DNA of 64,000 nucleotides from an uncultured Gemmatimonadales bacterium. GTDB taxonomy: Bacteria > Gemmatimonadota > Gemmatimonadetes > Gemmatimonadales > GWC2-71-9. The notes under the pieces are model-generated. The model saw only the letters and a program-made list of their open reading frames with translations, had not been told where the DNA came from and ran no database searches. The stretch spans positions 320,001 to 384,000 of the forward strand of contig CAWGED010000019.1 of assembly GCA_963821525.1 (NCBI GenBank). Direction: 5' to 3'. Below, in pieces: positions 31,888 through 43,591 of this stretch (positions are counted from its first letter, which is position 1; every line of letters begins with the position of its first letter). A program made the translations under genes and the position numbers.

Positions 31888-32478
31888 TCAGGTCATACCC
31901 GAGCCGCTCGATTGCTCGGCCGGTATGTGGGTCAAGATTGCCTTCACCGCCGTTTTCAGGTTCTCATCGTAGCGTTCCTGGTCTTCCGGCACCGCGGCTA
32001 CCGCGTGACCCCGCCAGAGCACCGCGTTGCTCTTGGCGTCCCGGAGCTCGATGATGACCGCGCCATATTCCCACTCGGCCGGGCTGGCGTCCTCGGCTCC
32101 CGGTCCCCAATCACGCCACCAACTCGGCCGCCACAGATAGTCGAAATCCCAATCGGTCACATCGTCACGATCCGGCACCGCCAGATAGAAGGCGACGACC
32201 GCGTCCGGATTCGCGTCGGAGACGGAGTAGCCGGCATGTTTCAAGCCTGAGACGAGCTCGCGACGAATGGTCTGGCTGGCTGCCGCGTCGTTCAGCAGCG
32301 GATTCACCTCGAATGGTGACAGGCCTCCCAGAAATTCGGCGGACCGCTTAACACTTACCGTCCGCATTACAGTGTGACTCTCCCCGACGCCGGTCATTGT
32401 GTGCACCTGGACACTGTGTCCGTGCACCGGGAGGGACAACGCGGCGGCGGTGAGTGCTGCGAGTGCGTGGGTCGACAT
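31888..32478 (-). CDS. DUF4136 domain secreted protein
   Basis: Signal peptide; GYSVSDANPD, GAVIIELRDAKSNAVLWRG, AVKAIL. Confidence 0.7.
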   Translation of the reverse strand: MSTHALAALTAAALSLPVHGHSVQVHTMTGVGESHTVMRTVSVKRSAEFLGGLSPFEVNPLLNDAAASQTIRRELVSGLKHAGYSVSDANPDAVVAFYLAVPDRDDVTDWDFDYLWRPSWWRDWGPGAEDASPAEWEYGAVIIELRDAKSNAVLWRGHAVAAVPEDQERYDENLKTAVKAILTHIPAEQSSGSGMT

Positions 32479-32660
32479 AAATTCGCCCGTAATGAAGTCA
32501 GCCTTGTATCCGGTGAGCCGGTCGTCACGGCTGCGGTGATCGACTGCTGCACAATCGCGACTCGACTCGATCGTGCGCCTAGTAGTACGCTGTCTGGAGA
32601 GAGTTCGTTGCAGGGTTTCGGTGAGACAAGCTGTCGCGACCTGCGGAAGGGACATGATCG

Positions 32661-33848
32661 ATGCCGGCACTGTCAGTCGTACAGCGCATTGAACGATACA
32701 ACGCGGGTCGCGAGCCCGAACGGCTGGCTTTGAAGTACGAGGCGATGCGCAAGGATGCCTTCGCGTTCATGCGCGGAACCTGCCACCTCTTCCACGAGGA
32801 CTGGCATCGCGAGCCGGTACTCGACCGGACACCACTGGCCTGGATCACCGGCGATCTCCACCTGGAGAACCTCGGGAGTTACAAGGGAGACAATCGTCTC
32901 GCCTACTTCGACCTCAATGATTTCGATGAGGCTACCCTGGCGCCGGTGGCCCACGATCTTGCCCGCTTCCTCACGAGCGTCTTCGTCGGAGCGAAGTGTC
33001 TGGGTCTCAAGCAGCGCGAGGCACAGGAACTCGCGAGCGACTTTCTCGGTTCCTATACCACCGCACTGCACGACGGCAAGGCCCGATGGGTCGAGCGGCA
33101 GACCGCGAACGGCATGGTGCAGGCCCTGCTGGAAGAGGCAACCATGCTCACTCGCAAGCGCCTTCTCTCGATCCGAACCAAAATGGCGGGAGCCTCACGT
33201 CGTCTTCGTCTCGGCCGGCGTGCCCTTCCGGTCTCCGCTTCCGACCGGAAGAAGGTGATCCGAATCATTCGGCAGTTCGCGAAGCACCAGTCCAATCCCC
33301 AGTTCTATGACGTGATGGACGTGGCCCGACGAGTCGCCGGCAGCGCCAGTCTCGGGCTCGAGCGCTATGTGCTGCTGGTACGGGGCCGGGGTCTCCCGGA
33401 CAAGCTTGCGCTCCTCGATCTCAAACAGGCAATTCCTTCCAGCCTGGTGACGAGGGCCGGTTCCCGAGCCGAGTGGTCGAGCGAAGCCACCCGGATCACC
33501 TCTATTCAGCGCTGGGCTCAAGCGGTCTCGCCGGCACTGCTGCATCCGGTGCGATCGGGCGGGCGGTCTTACGTTCTCCGTGAGTTGCAGCCGACCCAGA
33601 ACCGGCTGAGCCTGGAGTCGTGGAACCGGACTCGCGCCGAACTGGAAGGCCTTATGATTACGCTCGGCCAGGTCGTCGCCTGGAGCCATCTCCGAAGCGG
33701 CGGCCGAAAGGGCTCGGCCATCGCCGACCAATGGATGGCCTTCGCCGCGGAGAAGCGGTGGCGCCCCGCGCTGCTCGCCTACGCGTCGAGCTACAGCCGC
33801 CAGGTCGAGCGTGACTGGAGGGAATTCGTGGAGGCAACGACGCCGTGA
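32661..33848 (+). CDS. DUF2252 family protein (kinase-like fold)
   Basis: FAFMRGT, GDLHLENLG, FDLNDFDE, RVAGSASLG, AWSHLRSGGR. Confidence 0.85.
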   Translation: MPALSVVQRIERYNAGREPERLALKYEAMRKDAFAFMRGTCHLFHEDWHREPVLDRTPLAWITGDLHLENLGSYKGDNRLAYFDLNDFDEATLAPVAHDLARFLTSVFVGAKCLGLKQREAQELASDFLGSYTTALHDGKARWVERQTANGMVQALLEEATMLTRKRLLSIRTKMAGASRRLRLGRRALPVSASDRKKVIRIIRQFAKHQSNPQFYDVMDVARRVAGSASLGLERYVLLVRGRGLPDKLALLDLKQAIPSSLVTRAGSRAEWSSEATRITSIQRWAQAVSPALLHPVRSGGRSYVLRELQPTQNRLSLESWNRTRAELEGLMITLGQVVAWSHLRSGGRKGSAIADQWMAFAAEKRWRPALLAYASSYSRQVERDWREFVEATTP

Positions 33849-35488
33849 CCGCCGGAGAGACCGCGTCTCCGGCCCACTCCACCTCGGCCTGGGCACCACT
33901 CGCCTTTCGCATCTACCGGCTGATCTGGCTGGCGGTACTGGCCAGCAACATCGGCACCTGGATGCAGACGGTCGGCGCCCAGTGGCTCCTCGTCAGCCTG
34001 CCCAACGCCGCCACACTCGTGGCACTGGTTCAGACCGCAGATACACTACCCGATCTCCTGCTCGCGCTTCCCGGTGGCGCGCTGGCCGACATCTTCGACC
34101 GGCGCCGGTTCCTGATCGTCCTCCAGGTCCTTCAGATCATCGCCGGCATCGGGCTCACCTGGCTGACGTTCGCCGACCAGATGACACCGCCGTTGCTCCT
34201 CGGCTTCACCTTCCTCCTAGGTGCCGGGTCGGCGCTACAGACGCCAGCCTACGAGGCGCTCATTCCCGAGCTGGTTCCCCGGAGCGAGCTGCATGCGGCG
34301 GTGGCACTGGGCAGCGTCAATGTGAACCTCGCGCGCGCCGTCGGCCCCGCATTCGCGGGTTTGCTCATCGCGAGGCTGGGCGTGGGGGCGGTGTTTGCCC
34401 TCAATACCCTCACCTTCGTGTTTCTCCCCATCGTGCTGCTCCTGTGGCGCCCGCCCGCAGACGCAACCGCTCCCTCTCCCGAGCGATTCGTCGCCGCCCT
34501 CCGGGCAGGAGGCCGCTACGTCCGCTACTCGCCGGTAACTCAGCGGATCCTGCTCCGCTTGGGTCTCTTCGTGTTCCCGGCCACGGTTCTCTGGGCGCTC
34601 CTGCCGCTCATCGCGAGCCACCGGCTTGGAATGGGAGCCGATGGCTATGGGCTCCTCCTCGCTGCGCTCGGCGCGGGTGCGGTTGCCGGTGCATTCTTGC
34701 TGCCTTGGCTCCGCAGAAGGCTTCCGCCTAATGGGCTGCTCGCAGCCGCATGCGTGGTGTACGCCTGGGCGACGCTGCTCCTGGTCGCGATCCCTCACCC
34801 CGTCGTCGCCTTCCTTGTACTGCTCCCTGCGGGAGCCGCCTGGATCGTGGTGCTCGCATGGAGCAACGCCGAGATCCAGCTCTTTCTGCCGGTGTGGGTC
34901 AGGGCTCGCGGGCTGGCGACATATCAGATGGTGCTGTTCGGCTCGCAGGCAGTGGGTGCCCTCGCCTGGGGGCTGATGGCCGAACGTATCGGGCTGGTCC
35001 CAGCGTTCCTCATCGCAGCGGTCGTGCTGCTCCTCGGCACCGCCACCATCCTGTTCTGGCCGATGTACGATCTCTCCCGCCTCCCCACCGACCCATCAGA
35101 GAGGTGGGAGGAGCCGAGTCTGGTGCGGCATTACGAGCACGAGGAGGGACCGATCGTTGTGACCACCGCCTACACTGTGACTCCAGAGAATGAGGAGGCG
35201 TTCCTCAAGGCGATGGTTGCGGTGCGCCTCTCCCGGCTCCGCACCGGCGCCATCAGCTGGGAGCTCTACCGGGAGGGAGAGACGGCTCAGCGGTTCATCG
35301 AGCTTTTCACCGTGACCACCTGGGGCGAGCACCTGCAACAACATGGCGGACGGCAAACCGCTGCGGACACCGCCATTGACCGGCGGGCCCGCGAGCTGGC
35401 GAGTTCCAAACCGGTGACGCGGCACTTCTTCCCGGCGGAGCTGGTGGGGGACGACTGGGGATGGGTGGAGAGGGGACGGAAGACGTAG
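33845..35488 (+). CDS. MFS transporter (MFS_3 type with C-terminal soluble domain)
   Basis: SNIGTWMQTVGAQW, GGALADIFDRRR, NLARAVGPA, WGEHLQQH. Confidence 0.9.
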   Translation: MTAGETASPAHSTSAWAPLAFRIYRLIWLAVLASNIGTWMQTVGAQWLLVSLPNAATLVALVQTADTLPDLLLALPGGALADIFDRRRFLIVLQVLQIIAGIGLTWLTFADQMTPPLLLGFTFLLGAGSALQTPAYEALIPELVPRSELHAAVALGSVNVNLARAVGPAFAGLLIARLGVGAVFALNTLTFVFLPIVLLLWRPPADATAPSPERFVAALRAGGRYVRYSPVTQRILLRLGLFVFPATVLWALLPLIASHRLGMGADGYGLLLAALGAGAVAGAFLLPWLRRRLPPNGLLAAACVVYAWATLLLVAIPHPVVAFLVLLPAGAAWIVVLAWSNAEIQLFLPVWVRARGLATYQMVLFGSQAVGALAWGLMAERIGLVPAFLIAAVVLLLGTATILFWPMYDLSRLPTDPSERWEEPSLVRHYEHEEGPIVVTTAYTVTPENEEAFLKAMVAVRLSRLRTGAISWELYREGETAQRFIELFTVTTWGEHLQQHGGRQTAADTAIDRRARELASSKPVTRHFFPAELVGDDWGWVERGRKT

Positions 35489-35531
35489 GGCGGAGTACAT
35501 CCGAAATCGTTGCCTCACTCTGGAGCTGCTC

Positions 35532-36882
35532 ATGAACCGCTCGCTCATCTGGGCGCCGTGCGTGCCGGCACTCGTCCTCGCCTGTCAGCCGCAGACTGTT
35601 CCCGTTCCCCAAACCGATCCGACCCCGCCGACCGCGCTCTGGCTCCAGGCCAATCCGCCCGCGGCACCGCTCGCCAACGTAACCCTCGGCGGGACGCCGC
35701 TGACTGCCGAGGTGGGCGATTCTGGCGTGGTGCAGCTGACCGCTAATGGAAGCGATCCCGAGGGCCTCCATGCGATCCGGCTCTGGATGACGGTCAAACG
35801 CGCGCGCCCCGGTCAGGTCGAAGGCCCGGGTCTCGCCGGGGCACCGGTTGCGGAACAGAGCACGCCAGCCACTGCCGGAGGCACCGCGACGACCTCGCTA
35901 TCGGTGTCGTACGGGTTGTCGCCCTCGACCGAGATCGGCGCCTTCGACGACCTGTGGGTTGACCTCTGGGCCGAGGCGGAGAATTTCGGCGGTGGCATCG
36001 TGAAGACGGCCGTGCTCACCCTGCATCTCCGGTGGGAAGGGCTTCGCCTCCATGTCATCGCCCTCAGCGACGATGACGGAAGTAATGCGTCCACGGTCAG
36101 CGCCACCGATTTCGTGCAGGCGCTCGACAGTCTCAATCGGGTGTATCGGGGGACTCGCATCCGGTTCCGCTACAATCCGGCCACCGACTACCAGATGATG
36201 CAGTCTACCGCGCTCAACCAGAACCTGATGTTCGGCGATGCGACCGGGCGCGCGTCCGGCAACGCGATCGCCCTTACGATGCCGACCGCGATTCCGATCT
36301 TTCTGCGTATGGCCGGTGGTGGCAATGGCAACGCGGCGCCCCCTCCGGGACTGACCGGGATCCCGCCCGGGATTGATCCAGGGGGAGTGGTACAGAACTA
36401 TGTGGCGCTTCCAAACCAGCCTCGATTGGGTCAATTTCATCGCCGCCCACGAAATCGGTCACTACCTGGGTCTCTATCACACTTTCCCGGGCTGGGGCGG
36501 TCCAAGCTGGGCGAATGAGCAGGCGGTGATCGACTGGATGACGACGCACGACGGCACCATCGCCGCCTTCGACGGAGACCTGTTGCCCGATACGCCCCCC
36601 GATCCGGAACAGGCACTGTTTGCGCTCAAGGGCGGGCCTACCTACACCGCAGATCATGGTCACGCTTTCTACTGCGACCAGACCACGGTCGATGCGTCGG
36701 GAACCGTAGCCGGCGCAGCCCAGACGGTGCACTTCGCGCCCGACATGCTGAACGTCATGAGTTACTACTCCCCATGCCCCGCCGGGACCCCGAACTTCGG
36801 CCAACGGCACTTCACCAGGGAGCAGGTGGCCCGGATACATAAGGCGCTGACCGATCCGGCTCGGTCGCAGCTGGTGCAGTAA
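35532..36882 (+). CDS. Lipoprotein zinc metalloprotease (metzincin, M43/pappalysin-like); frameshift near 36420
   Basis: Lipobox VLAC; HEIGHYLGLYHTF, DTPPDP, Met-turn NVMSYY, FTREQVARI. Confidence 0.75.
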
Positions 36883-36921
36883 AGTGGTGAGTGGAGGCTT
36901 AGGGCCGACGGCTGTCGCCTC

Positions 36922-36955
36922 ACGGCTAAACGCTAACAGCTAACCGCTAACAGCT
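36922..36955. repeat. Heptamer tandem repeat (GCTAACN)
   Basis: gctaaac gctaaca gctaacc gctaaca gct. Confidence 0.7.
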
Positions 36956-36958
36956 CGA

Positions 36959-37702
36959 GTGAAAATCGCCACCTGGAACGTCAACGGCATCCGGGCTCGC
37001 GCTACCCAGCTGCAGGAGTGGCTGGAGCAGGAGCGGCCGGACGTGGTATGCCTGCAGGAGCTCAAAGCTGAGTTGTCGCAGATCCCCGAGGTGTGCCGGC
37101 ACCCGGACTATCACGCATACTGGCACACACTCAAAGGGTATTCGGGCGTATCACTGCAGGTTCGTAAGGAGTTGTGCCCCACCGATCCGGTCTACAGTCA
37201 TCCCCCTTTCGACATGGAATCACGGATCGTGCAGGTGGACCACGGCGACCTCGTCATCGCCTCGATTTACGTGCCGAATGGCGGGAAGGACTACGCCTCC
37301 AAGCTGAGCTTCCTGACCCAGCTTACCGACTGGACCCGGCGCCTGATGGCCGAGGGACGCGAAGTCTTGTTGTGTGGGGATATGAACATCGCGCGGACCG
37401 ATCTCGACGTGCACCCGCGGGAGCGGAAGCTAAACGCGGTGGGTCAGCGGCCGGATGAGCGCACTTTGTTCGAGGGACTATTCGGCACTGGCCTGGTGGA
37501 TCTCGGACGAACCTTCGATCCGGAAAATCCTGGTCTCTTCACCTGGTGGGCGCCGTGGCGCAACCTACGGGCGCGCAATATCGGCTGGCGATTGGATTAC
37601 CTGCTGGCCTCTCCGACGCTCGCATCACGCACGACGACCTGCCTGGTCAGGGCGGAAGTCGGGACCAGTGATCATGCGCCGGTGGTGATGACAACTAGTT
37701 AA
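36959..37702 (+). CDS. xth: Exodeoxyribonuclease III
   Basis: KIATWNVNGIRAR, CLQELK, YVPNG, GDMNIA, FTWW, GWRLDY, SDHAPV. Confidence 0.95.
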   Translation: MKIATWNVNGIRARATQLQEWLEQERPDVVCLQELKAELSQIPEVCRHPDYHAYWHTLKGYSGVSLQVRKELCPTDPVYSHPPFDMESRIVQVDHGDLVIASIYVPNGGKDYASKLSFLTQLTDWTRRLMAEGREVLLCGDMNIARTDLDVHPRERKLNAVGQRPDERTLFEGLFGTGLVDLGRTFDPENPGLFTWWAPWRNLRARNIGWRLDYLLASPTLASRTTTCLVRAEVGTSDHAPVVMTTS

Positions 37703-37773
37703 TAGTACCGAGTACCGGGTGGCTGAGGGGACCAGACGCCCTGCATCAGGCGCCTGGTCCCATGTTGCTCCTG

Positions 37774-39234
37774 CTAAGTGGTTCCAGCCATCTGCGCCGC
37801 CTTGCTGCGAACCAGCGCGTAATTCAGGGCCGGCAGTCCATTCCAGTGAGCCGCCTTGCCGGCGTAGTCGCGTGCCTTCCCCGTGTCGCCCTTGCCCTGA
37901 TAGGCCATCGCCAGTCGATAGAGGTTGTAGGGGTCCTGGAGATTCGACTGCTGCAGTTCAGTGATCGCCGCGTCGTATTGCTTCCCCGCGAGGGCGATCC
38001 TGCCGGCCAACTCATGGGTCAGATTGTTCTGAAACCGGTTCCCATTGCCGGCCGAGCCCTTGGCGAAGGCCTCGGACTCGGTCCGAGCGGTCGCCAGATC
38101 GCCCTTGGCGATCGCCACGCCGGCGACGTTGGCGTGGTGAAACAGTGTCGTCACCCCTTTGACCGCTGGTGAGAGTGCCGAGCTCTCGGTGATGTGGAGC
38201 GCCTTGTCGTACGCGGTCAGGGCCTCATCGTTTCTGCCCATCGCCAGCAACAGGTTGCCCTTGAAGTTCATGTCTGCGGTCATCGCGCCGGCATCTCCCG
38301 CCTTTTCCGCGATTGCAAACTCCCGCTCGGCCTGCTGAATGGCCTGGTCCAGTTTCCCCTGGTCGGTGTAGACCACCGCCTGAACGAAGACCGCCTGGCG
38401 ACGCTCGCCATCATTGCGGGCGTTGGCGTACAGGTCGCCGAGGCGACTGGTCGCCACGTCGGGCTTGCCGAGGTAGAGCGCATTGATGGCGGTACCGATC
38501 CGGGCCGAGATGAAATGGGGATCGAGGGCCAGGGCCTTCTGGTACTGGGTAACCGATTCGTCGAACCGGCCCATCTTCATGAGCAGTTCGGCATAGGAAT
38601 CGTAAGGGTTCGGGTCGTTGGGGATGAGTTCCGCGTACTTCTTGAAAGCCTGCTCCGCCTCGGGATAGCTGCCCACGGTCTTGTACGCATAGCCAAGGTT
38701 GTTGTAGACCGGAGGGAATGATGGTGCGATGGCGGTCGTGGCCTTGAAGGTCTCGATGGCCTTGGCGTCATCCTGCTGGCCCTGATAGAAGACGCCCAGG
38801 GCGAACCGAGCTCGCTCATCATTCGGGAACAAGGTGACGTTTCGCTCCAGACACTCTTTCGACTTGGCGGCATTCCCAACCGCGCCGGCCTCGGCTGCCT
38901 GGATCGCCAGCCGTTCTCCTTCGGAGGCCTTCTCGGCCAGCGCGATGGCCCGGTCCAGATGGAGCCGGAACTCCTTCGCGGTGCCGGAAACATTGGCGCG
39001 GGCCAGCTCTGCGGAGGCAAAGTTCGGGTCGAGCTCCAGCGCCTTGTCGAAGTGAGCGATGGCGTCGGTAGCCTGGAGATTGTCTGCCAGTTCACGGCCG
39101 GTGAGGAATTCCTTCTTCGCAGCTTCGGAGCTGGTTGTGATGGGGATCTTGTCTCCGCCGGGGTCGGCTCGGGTCGCCGGCTGCGCCAGCAAGACGATCA
39201 GCGGGAAAAGCCCTAAGAGCGTTGCTTGTTTCAT
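37774..39234 (-). CDS. Secreted tetratricopeptide repeat protein
   Basis: Signal peptide; IPITTSSEAA; TPR motifs YNNLGYAY, PNPYDSYAELLMKMG. Confidence 0.85.
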   Translation of the reverse strand: MKQATLLGLFPLIVLLAQPATRADPGGDKIPITTSSEAAKKEFLTGRELADNLQATDAIAHFDKALELDPNFASAELARANVSGTAKEFRLHLDRAIALAEKASEGERLAIQAAEAGAVGNAAKSKECLERNVTLFPNDERARFALGVFYQGQQDDAKAIETFKATTAIAPSFPPVYNNLGYAYKTVGSYPEAEQAFKKYAELIPNDPNPYDSYAELLMKMGRFDESVTQYQKALALDPHFISARIGTAINALYLGKPDVATSRLGDLYANARNDGERRQAVFVQAVVYTDQGKLDQAIQQAEREFAIAEKAGDAGAMTADMNFKGNLLLAMGRNDEALTAYDKALHITESSALSPAVKGVTTLFHHANVAGVAIAKGDLATARTESEAFAKGSAGNGNRFQNNLTHELAGRIALAGKQYDAAITELQQSNLQDPYNLYRLAMAYQGKGDTGKARDYAGKAAHWNGLPALNYALVRSKAAQMAGTT

Positions 39235-39411
39235 TGCGCGACTCCTCGGTGGATGATGCAGAATGGAAGGAACCGCTTGGCGGAGAGCCAGCGATGGATC
39301 TTCCTACGAGGAGTGCGAGCGAACGGTGTCGGCGCTGCGCGCCAGGTCGGTATTGATGTCGTACTCGGCGAGTTGTGCTGCTGTTGTTTCGATGACGTTG
39401 GTGTAGCCCGA

Positions 39412-40032
39412 CTACTCCGGCCACAACTTGAATGCCCCGCTGGCCGCATCGTACGCCTCCACGCGGCCGGTGTGGATCTCGTAATACCAGCCATGAATTC
39501 CGAGCGTCCCGTTCTTGAAGCGCTCCTCCACGGCCGGATGGGTGTGGAGGTGCGCCATTTGCTCGACCACGTTGAGTCGGGACAGGATCTCCAGGCGCTC
39601 GGACTCAGCCAGCCCCGCGTGATCCCGGCCCAACCGCTCCAGAGCCGGACCGGCGAAGGTCAGCCATCGCGCAGTAGCGGGAATCGCCGCCAGAGTCTCC
39701 GAATGGAGCAAACCATTCATGGCCCCGCAGGTGGAGTGGCCGCAAACGATGATGTCGCGCACGCCGAGGACCGCCACCGAATATTCGATGCTGGCGGAAA
39801 CCCCCACCCGATCCGAGTCATCATAGACCGGAACGATATTGCCGGGAGTCCGTTCCACAAAGATTTCTCCCGGTGCGCTGTCGGTCAGCAGCGACGGGTC
39901 AATCCGGGAGTCTCCGCAGGTGAGAAACAAGGCATCCGGTTTCTGCTTTTCTGCCAGCTCTTCGTAGAGCGCCCGGTTGGCAGGGAAAATTTCGGTACGA
40001 AAGCGCCGCACTCCATCCTGGATACGGTGCAC
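39412..40032 (-). CDS. Beta-class carbonic anhydrase
   Basis: TCGDSRI, GEIFVERTPGNIV, IEYSV, CGHSTCGAM, HGWYYEIHTG. Confidence 0.9.
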   Translation of the reverse strand: MHRIQDGVRRFRTEIFPANRALYEELAEKQKPDALFLTCGDSRIDPSLLTDSAPGEIFVERTPGNIVPVYDDSDRVGVSASIEYSVAVLGVRDIIVCGHSTCGAMNGLLHSETLAAIPATARWLTFAGPALERLGRDHAGLAESERLEILSRLNVVEQMAHLHTHPAVEERFKNGTLGIHGWYYEIHTGRVEAYDAASGAFKLWPE

Positions 40033-40194
40033 AGTGGGTTCCTCGAGTGGGTGGCGAGTGCCGCCGAGCACTGGCATACGATGGGATCAAGAAGCCGTGA
40101 GCCTGCCCACGGCTAATCTGCTCGACCCAACACCGCCCGCAAGGCGGCTTGGAGCGCGAGTGTCCGCCTTTCTCGTCCTCTGCCTCGGGCGAAT

Positions 40195-40404
40195 TCAACC
40201 CCTGACCCTCGGGGTGCACCCCAACAGCCTGAATCGGCCCAGCATCCGTTCCAGCGGGCAGAATCCGGTCAGGCTGGACTGGAACAGGTTGAACCCTACG
40301 AAGGCGGTAAACAGCAGCCAGTAGGGACTTACCCACCACCCGAGGGCAAGGGAGCCCAGAATGAATGTGCCGGCAATTCGGCGAATGACCATCTCGTTGC
40401 ACAT
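40195..40404 (-). CDS. DUF2892 (YgaP-like) small membrane protein
   Basis: IRRIAG, FVGFNLFQSSLTGFCPL. Confidence 0.9.
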   Translation of the reverse strand: MCNEMVIRRIAGTFILGSLALGWWVSPYWLLFTAFVGFNLFQSSLTGFCPLERMLGRFRLLGCTPRVRG

Positions 40405-40429
40405 ACGAATCTCTCCAGGTTGAAGAACC

Positions 40430-43400
40430 CTACGACTCGCGCCGCCGCAGCTCCCAGTACAAGAGGGGCACGACCACCATCGTGAGCAGCGTCGCCACGA
40501 TGGCGCCGCTCATGAGCGCCACGGCCAGTCCCTGAAAAATCGGATCCAGCACCATGACCAGTCCCCCGACGACCACCGCGGCCGCAGTGAGGGCAATGGG
40601 CCGGAAGCGTACCGCGCCCGCCTCGATCACGGCCTGGCGCAGCGGCACGCCGCGTTCCTCCGCCAGGCGAATGAAGTCGACCAGCAGGATCGAGTTGCGA
40701 ACGATGATTCCGGCCAGGGCGATCATTCCGATCATACTGGTTGCCGTGAAGAAGGCCCCGGTCAGCGCATGCCCCGGCAGGATGCCGATCAGGGTGAGCG
40801 GAATCGGAGCCATGATGACCAGCGGGATGCTGAACGATTCGAACCACCAGACCACCAGCACATAGATCAGGAGCAGGACCGCCGCGAAGGCGAGGCCAAG
40901 GTCGCGGAAGACCTCGATGGTGATCTGCCACTCGCCATCCCACTTGATCGCAGTCTCGTCCAGCCGGTCGGGTTGCACCGCGTTGTAGCGCCGGATCTGC
41001 GTGCCCGCCACCCGGATCGTGTCCAGGGCGCGGTTCATGGCGAGGATCGCGTAGACCGGACTCTCGATGCTTCCCGCCACATCGCCGGTCACGTAGATCA
41101 CCGGGCGGAGGTCGCGGCGGTATCGCGCCGGATCCCGGAGTGTCGAGTCGATCGCGACGAACCGCGCGAGCGGCTCGGGACCAGTCGCCGTCGGAACCGG
41201 GATCGCGAGCAGGGCCTCTGCCGTCGACCGCCGGGCTAAGCGGCAGTCGGGGGACGATCGCGATTCCCTCGCGCGCCGTGCCTGAGGCGATGCGGCCGGC
41301 GGGACTGCCCGACTCGGCGAGATAGACTGTCTGCACGATCTGGTCGACGCTCACCCCCGCCGCCGCGGCCCGCGCCCGATCGATCCGGAATGCGAGTCGG
41401 GCCTGGGGCGACTCGACCGTCCAGTCGACATCGACCACGCCGGGCGTAGTCTCGAACACCTGCTTCACCCGCGTGGCGGCGGCGAGGCGCGCGCTGTCCG
41501 TGCCGGCGTATACCTCCGCGACCAGCGTGGACAGCACCGGCGGACCTGGGGGGATCTCCGCGATCTTGGCGCTTGCCTGGTAGCGCCGGGCGATTGAATC
41601 GATCGCCGGTCGCACCGCGACCGCGATGGCATGGCTCTGCCTGGAACGCTCGGCCTTGCCCACCAGATTCACCTGTACGTCGGCGACGTTGGGGCCGCGA
41701 CGCATGAAGTAATGCCGCACCAGCCCGTTGAAGTTGAAAGGCGCTGCGGTGCCCGCGTACACCTGGGTGTTGCGCACCTCTGGTACCGTGCGCAGGTAGG
41801 CCGACACCTCCGCGCCGAGTGCGGCGCTGCTCTCCAGCGTAGTCCCTTCCGGTGGGTCCAGAATTACCTGGAATTCCGACTTGTTGTCGAACGGCAGCAT
41901 CTTGACCTGCACCACCCGCGCGCCCACCAGCCCCATGGACAGGAGGAGCAGGACTACGACACCGCCATAGAACAGCCTCCGGCGACGCGGCCGGTCCATG
42001 AGGCCGCTCATGAGCCGGGTGTAGAACCGGCTGAAACGGGTGCCCGAAGTCTCCCCCACCTTTTCCGGCATCCCTTGACTCGGCTTGACGTGGCCCTTGA
42101 GCAGCCGGTACGCGAGATAGGGGGTGATGACGAACGCCACCGCGAGGCTCGCCAGCATGGCGACGCTGGCGCCGACCGGAATCGGACGCATGTAGGGACC
42201 CATGAGTCCGCGCACGAACGCCATTGGCAGGATCGCGGCGATCACCGTGAAGGTCGCGAGGATGGTCGGGTTCCCGACCTCGTCCACTCCTTCCACCGCC
42301 GCCTCGGCCGGATCCTTCCCACCCATCGCGATATGCCGGTAGATGTTCTCCACGACCACGATGGCATCATCGACCAGGATGCCGATCGAGAAAATCAGCG
42401 CGAACAGGGTGATGCGGTTGAGCGTATAGCCCAGCGCGTAGTAGCTGAACAGGGTAAGCGCGAGGGTCACCGGCACCGCGACCAGTACCACGACCGCCTC
42501 ACGCCATCCCAGGAAGAGCCCGATCAGGAGTGTCACGGAGATCGTCGCGATCCCGAGGTGCTGGATGAGTTCGCTGGCCTTCTCCCGCGCGGTCTCGCCG
42601 TAATTCCTGGTCTCGGCCACGGTCACATCGCCGGGCAGGAGCCGGCTCCGCGCCTGCTCCACCCGCTCCAGCACCCGGCGGGCGACGTCGGTCGCGTTGG
42701 CGCCCTTTCGCTTGGCGATGCTGATCGTGACCGCGCTGGCGGTACCGGAGTCCGGGGTGGCGTAGGTGACGTAATCAGAACGCTCGCCGAATTCCTCCCG
42801 CACCATCGCGACATTGCGGACATACACTGCGGAGCCGCCCCGCGAGCTCACCACGACGCCCGCTACCTCGGCCGCGTCGGCCAGAGCGGCGCCGATCTGC
42901 ACCCGGTAGACCAAGCCGGCGCTCGTCAACTCGCCCGCCTCGAGTCTCGCATTGGCGCCCTTGAGTGCCAGGGCAACCTCGCCCGGAGTCACGCCGGCGG
43001 CAGCCAGCCGAGCCGGATCGAGATCCACCCGGATCTGCCGGGGCTGGCCCCCGATCACCGAGGTCTCCGCGACGTCGGGCACCGTGCGGATCTCGTCCTC
43101 GAGCTGAGTCGCCATCTGCCGCAGCTGGTCGGAGCCGTACCGGCTGGAGGCAATGGTCAGCGTGAGGATCGGCACATCATCGATCGAGTGCGGTTTCACC
43201 AGCGGCGGCAGCGCACCCGGCGGCATCCGGTCCCAGTCTGCAAACAGCTTCGCGTGGACCCGGGTCACGCTGCGCTCCTGGTCTTCACCCACTTTGAAGC
43301 GCACCGTGACGAGGGTGTAGCCCTCGCCGGCCATGGAGTACACATGCTCGACCGCCGGGATCTCCCACATCCGCTGTTCGATCGGCCTGGTGAGGAGGAG

Positions 43401-43589
43401 GTCGACCTCGGCAGGTGTCGCGCCCGGCAGCGCCGCGATGACATCGATCATCGGTACCGAGATCTGGGGCTCTTCCTCGCGCGGTGTTGCCAGGATGCCC
43501 AGCAACCCTACCGCCAGCGACGCCACCGTCACCAGTGGAGTGAGCTTCGAGTTCAGGAATCGGCTGGCGAGCCGGCCGGCGAAACCCAT
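40430..43589 (-). CDS. RND efflux permease; frameshift near 41235
   Basis: TPREEEPQI, GILVDDAIVVVENI, KMLPFDNKSE, then WDGEWQIT, IIVRNSILLVDF, RFRPIALT. Confidence 0.9.
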
Positions 43590-43591
43590 GG

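Noticed and set aside
39304..39414. In-frame 35-codon extension after the carbonic anhydrase TAG (possible readthrough)
   Set aside because: An open stretch of this length is common in GC-rich DNA; the CA domain is already complete and no recoding machinery is seen.
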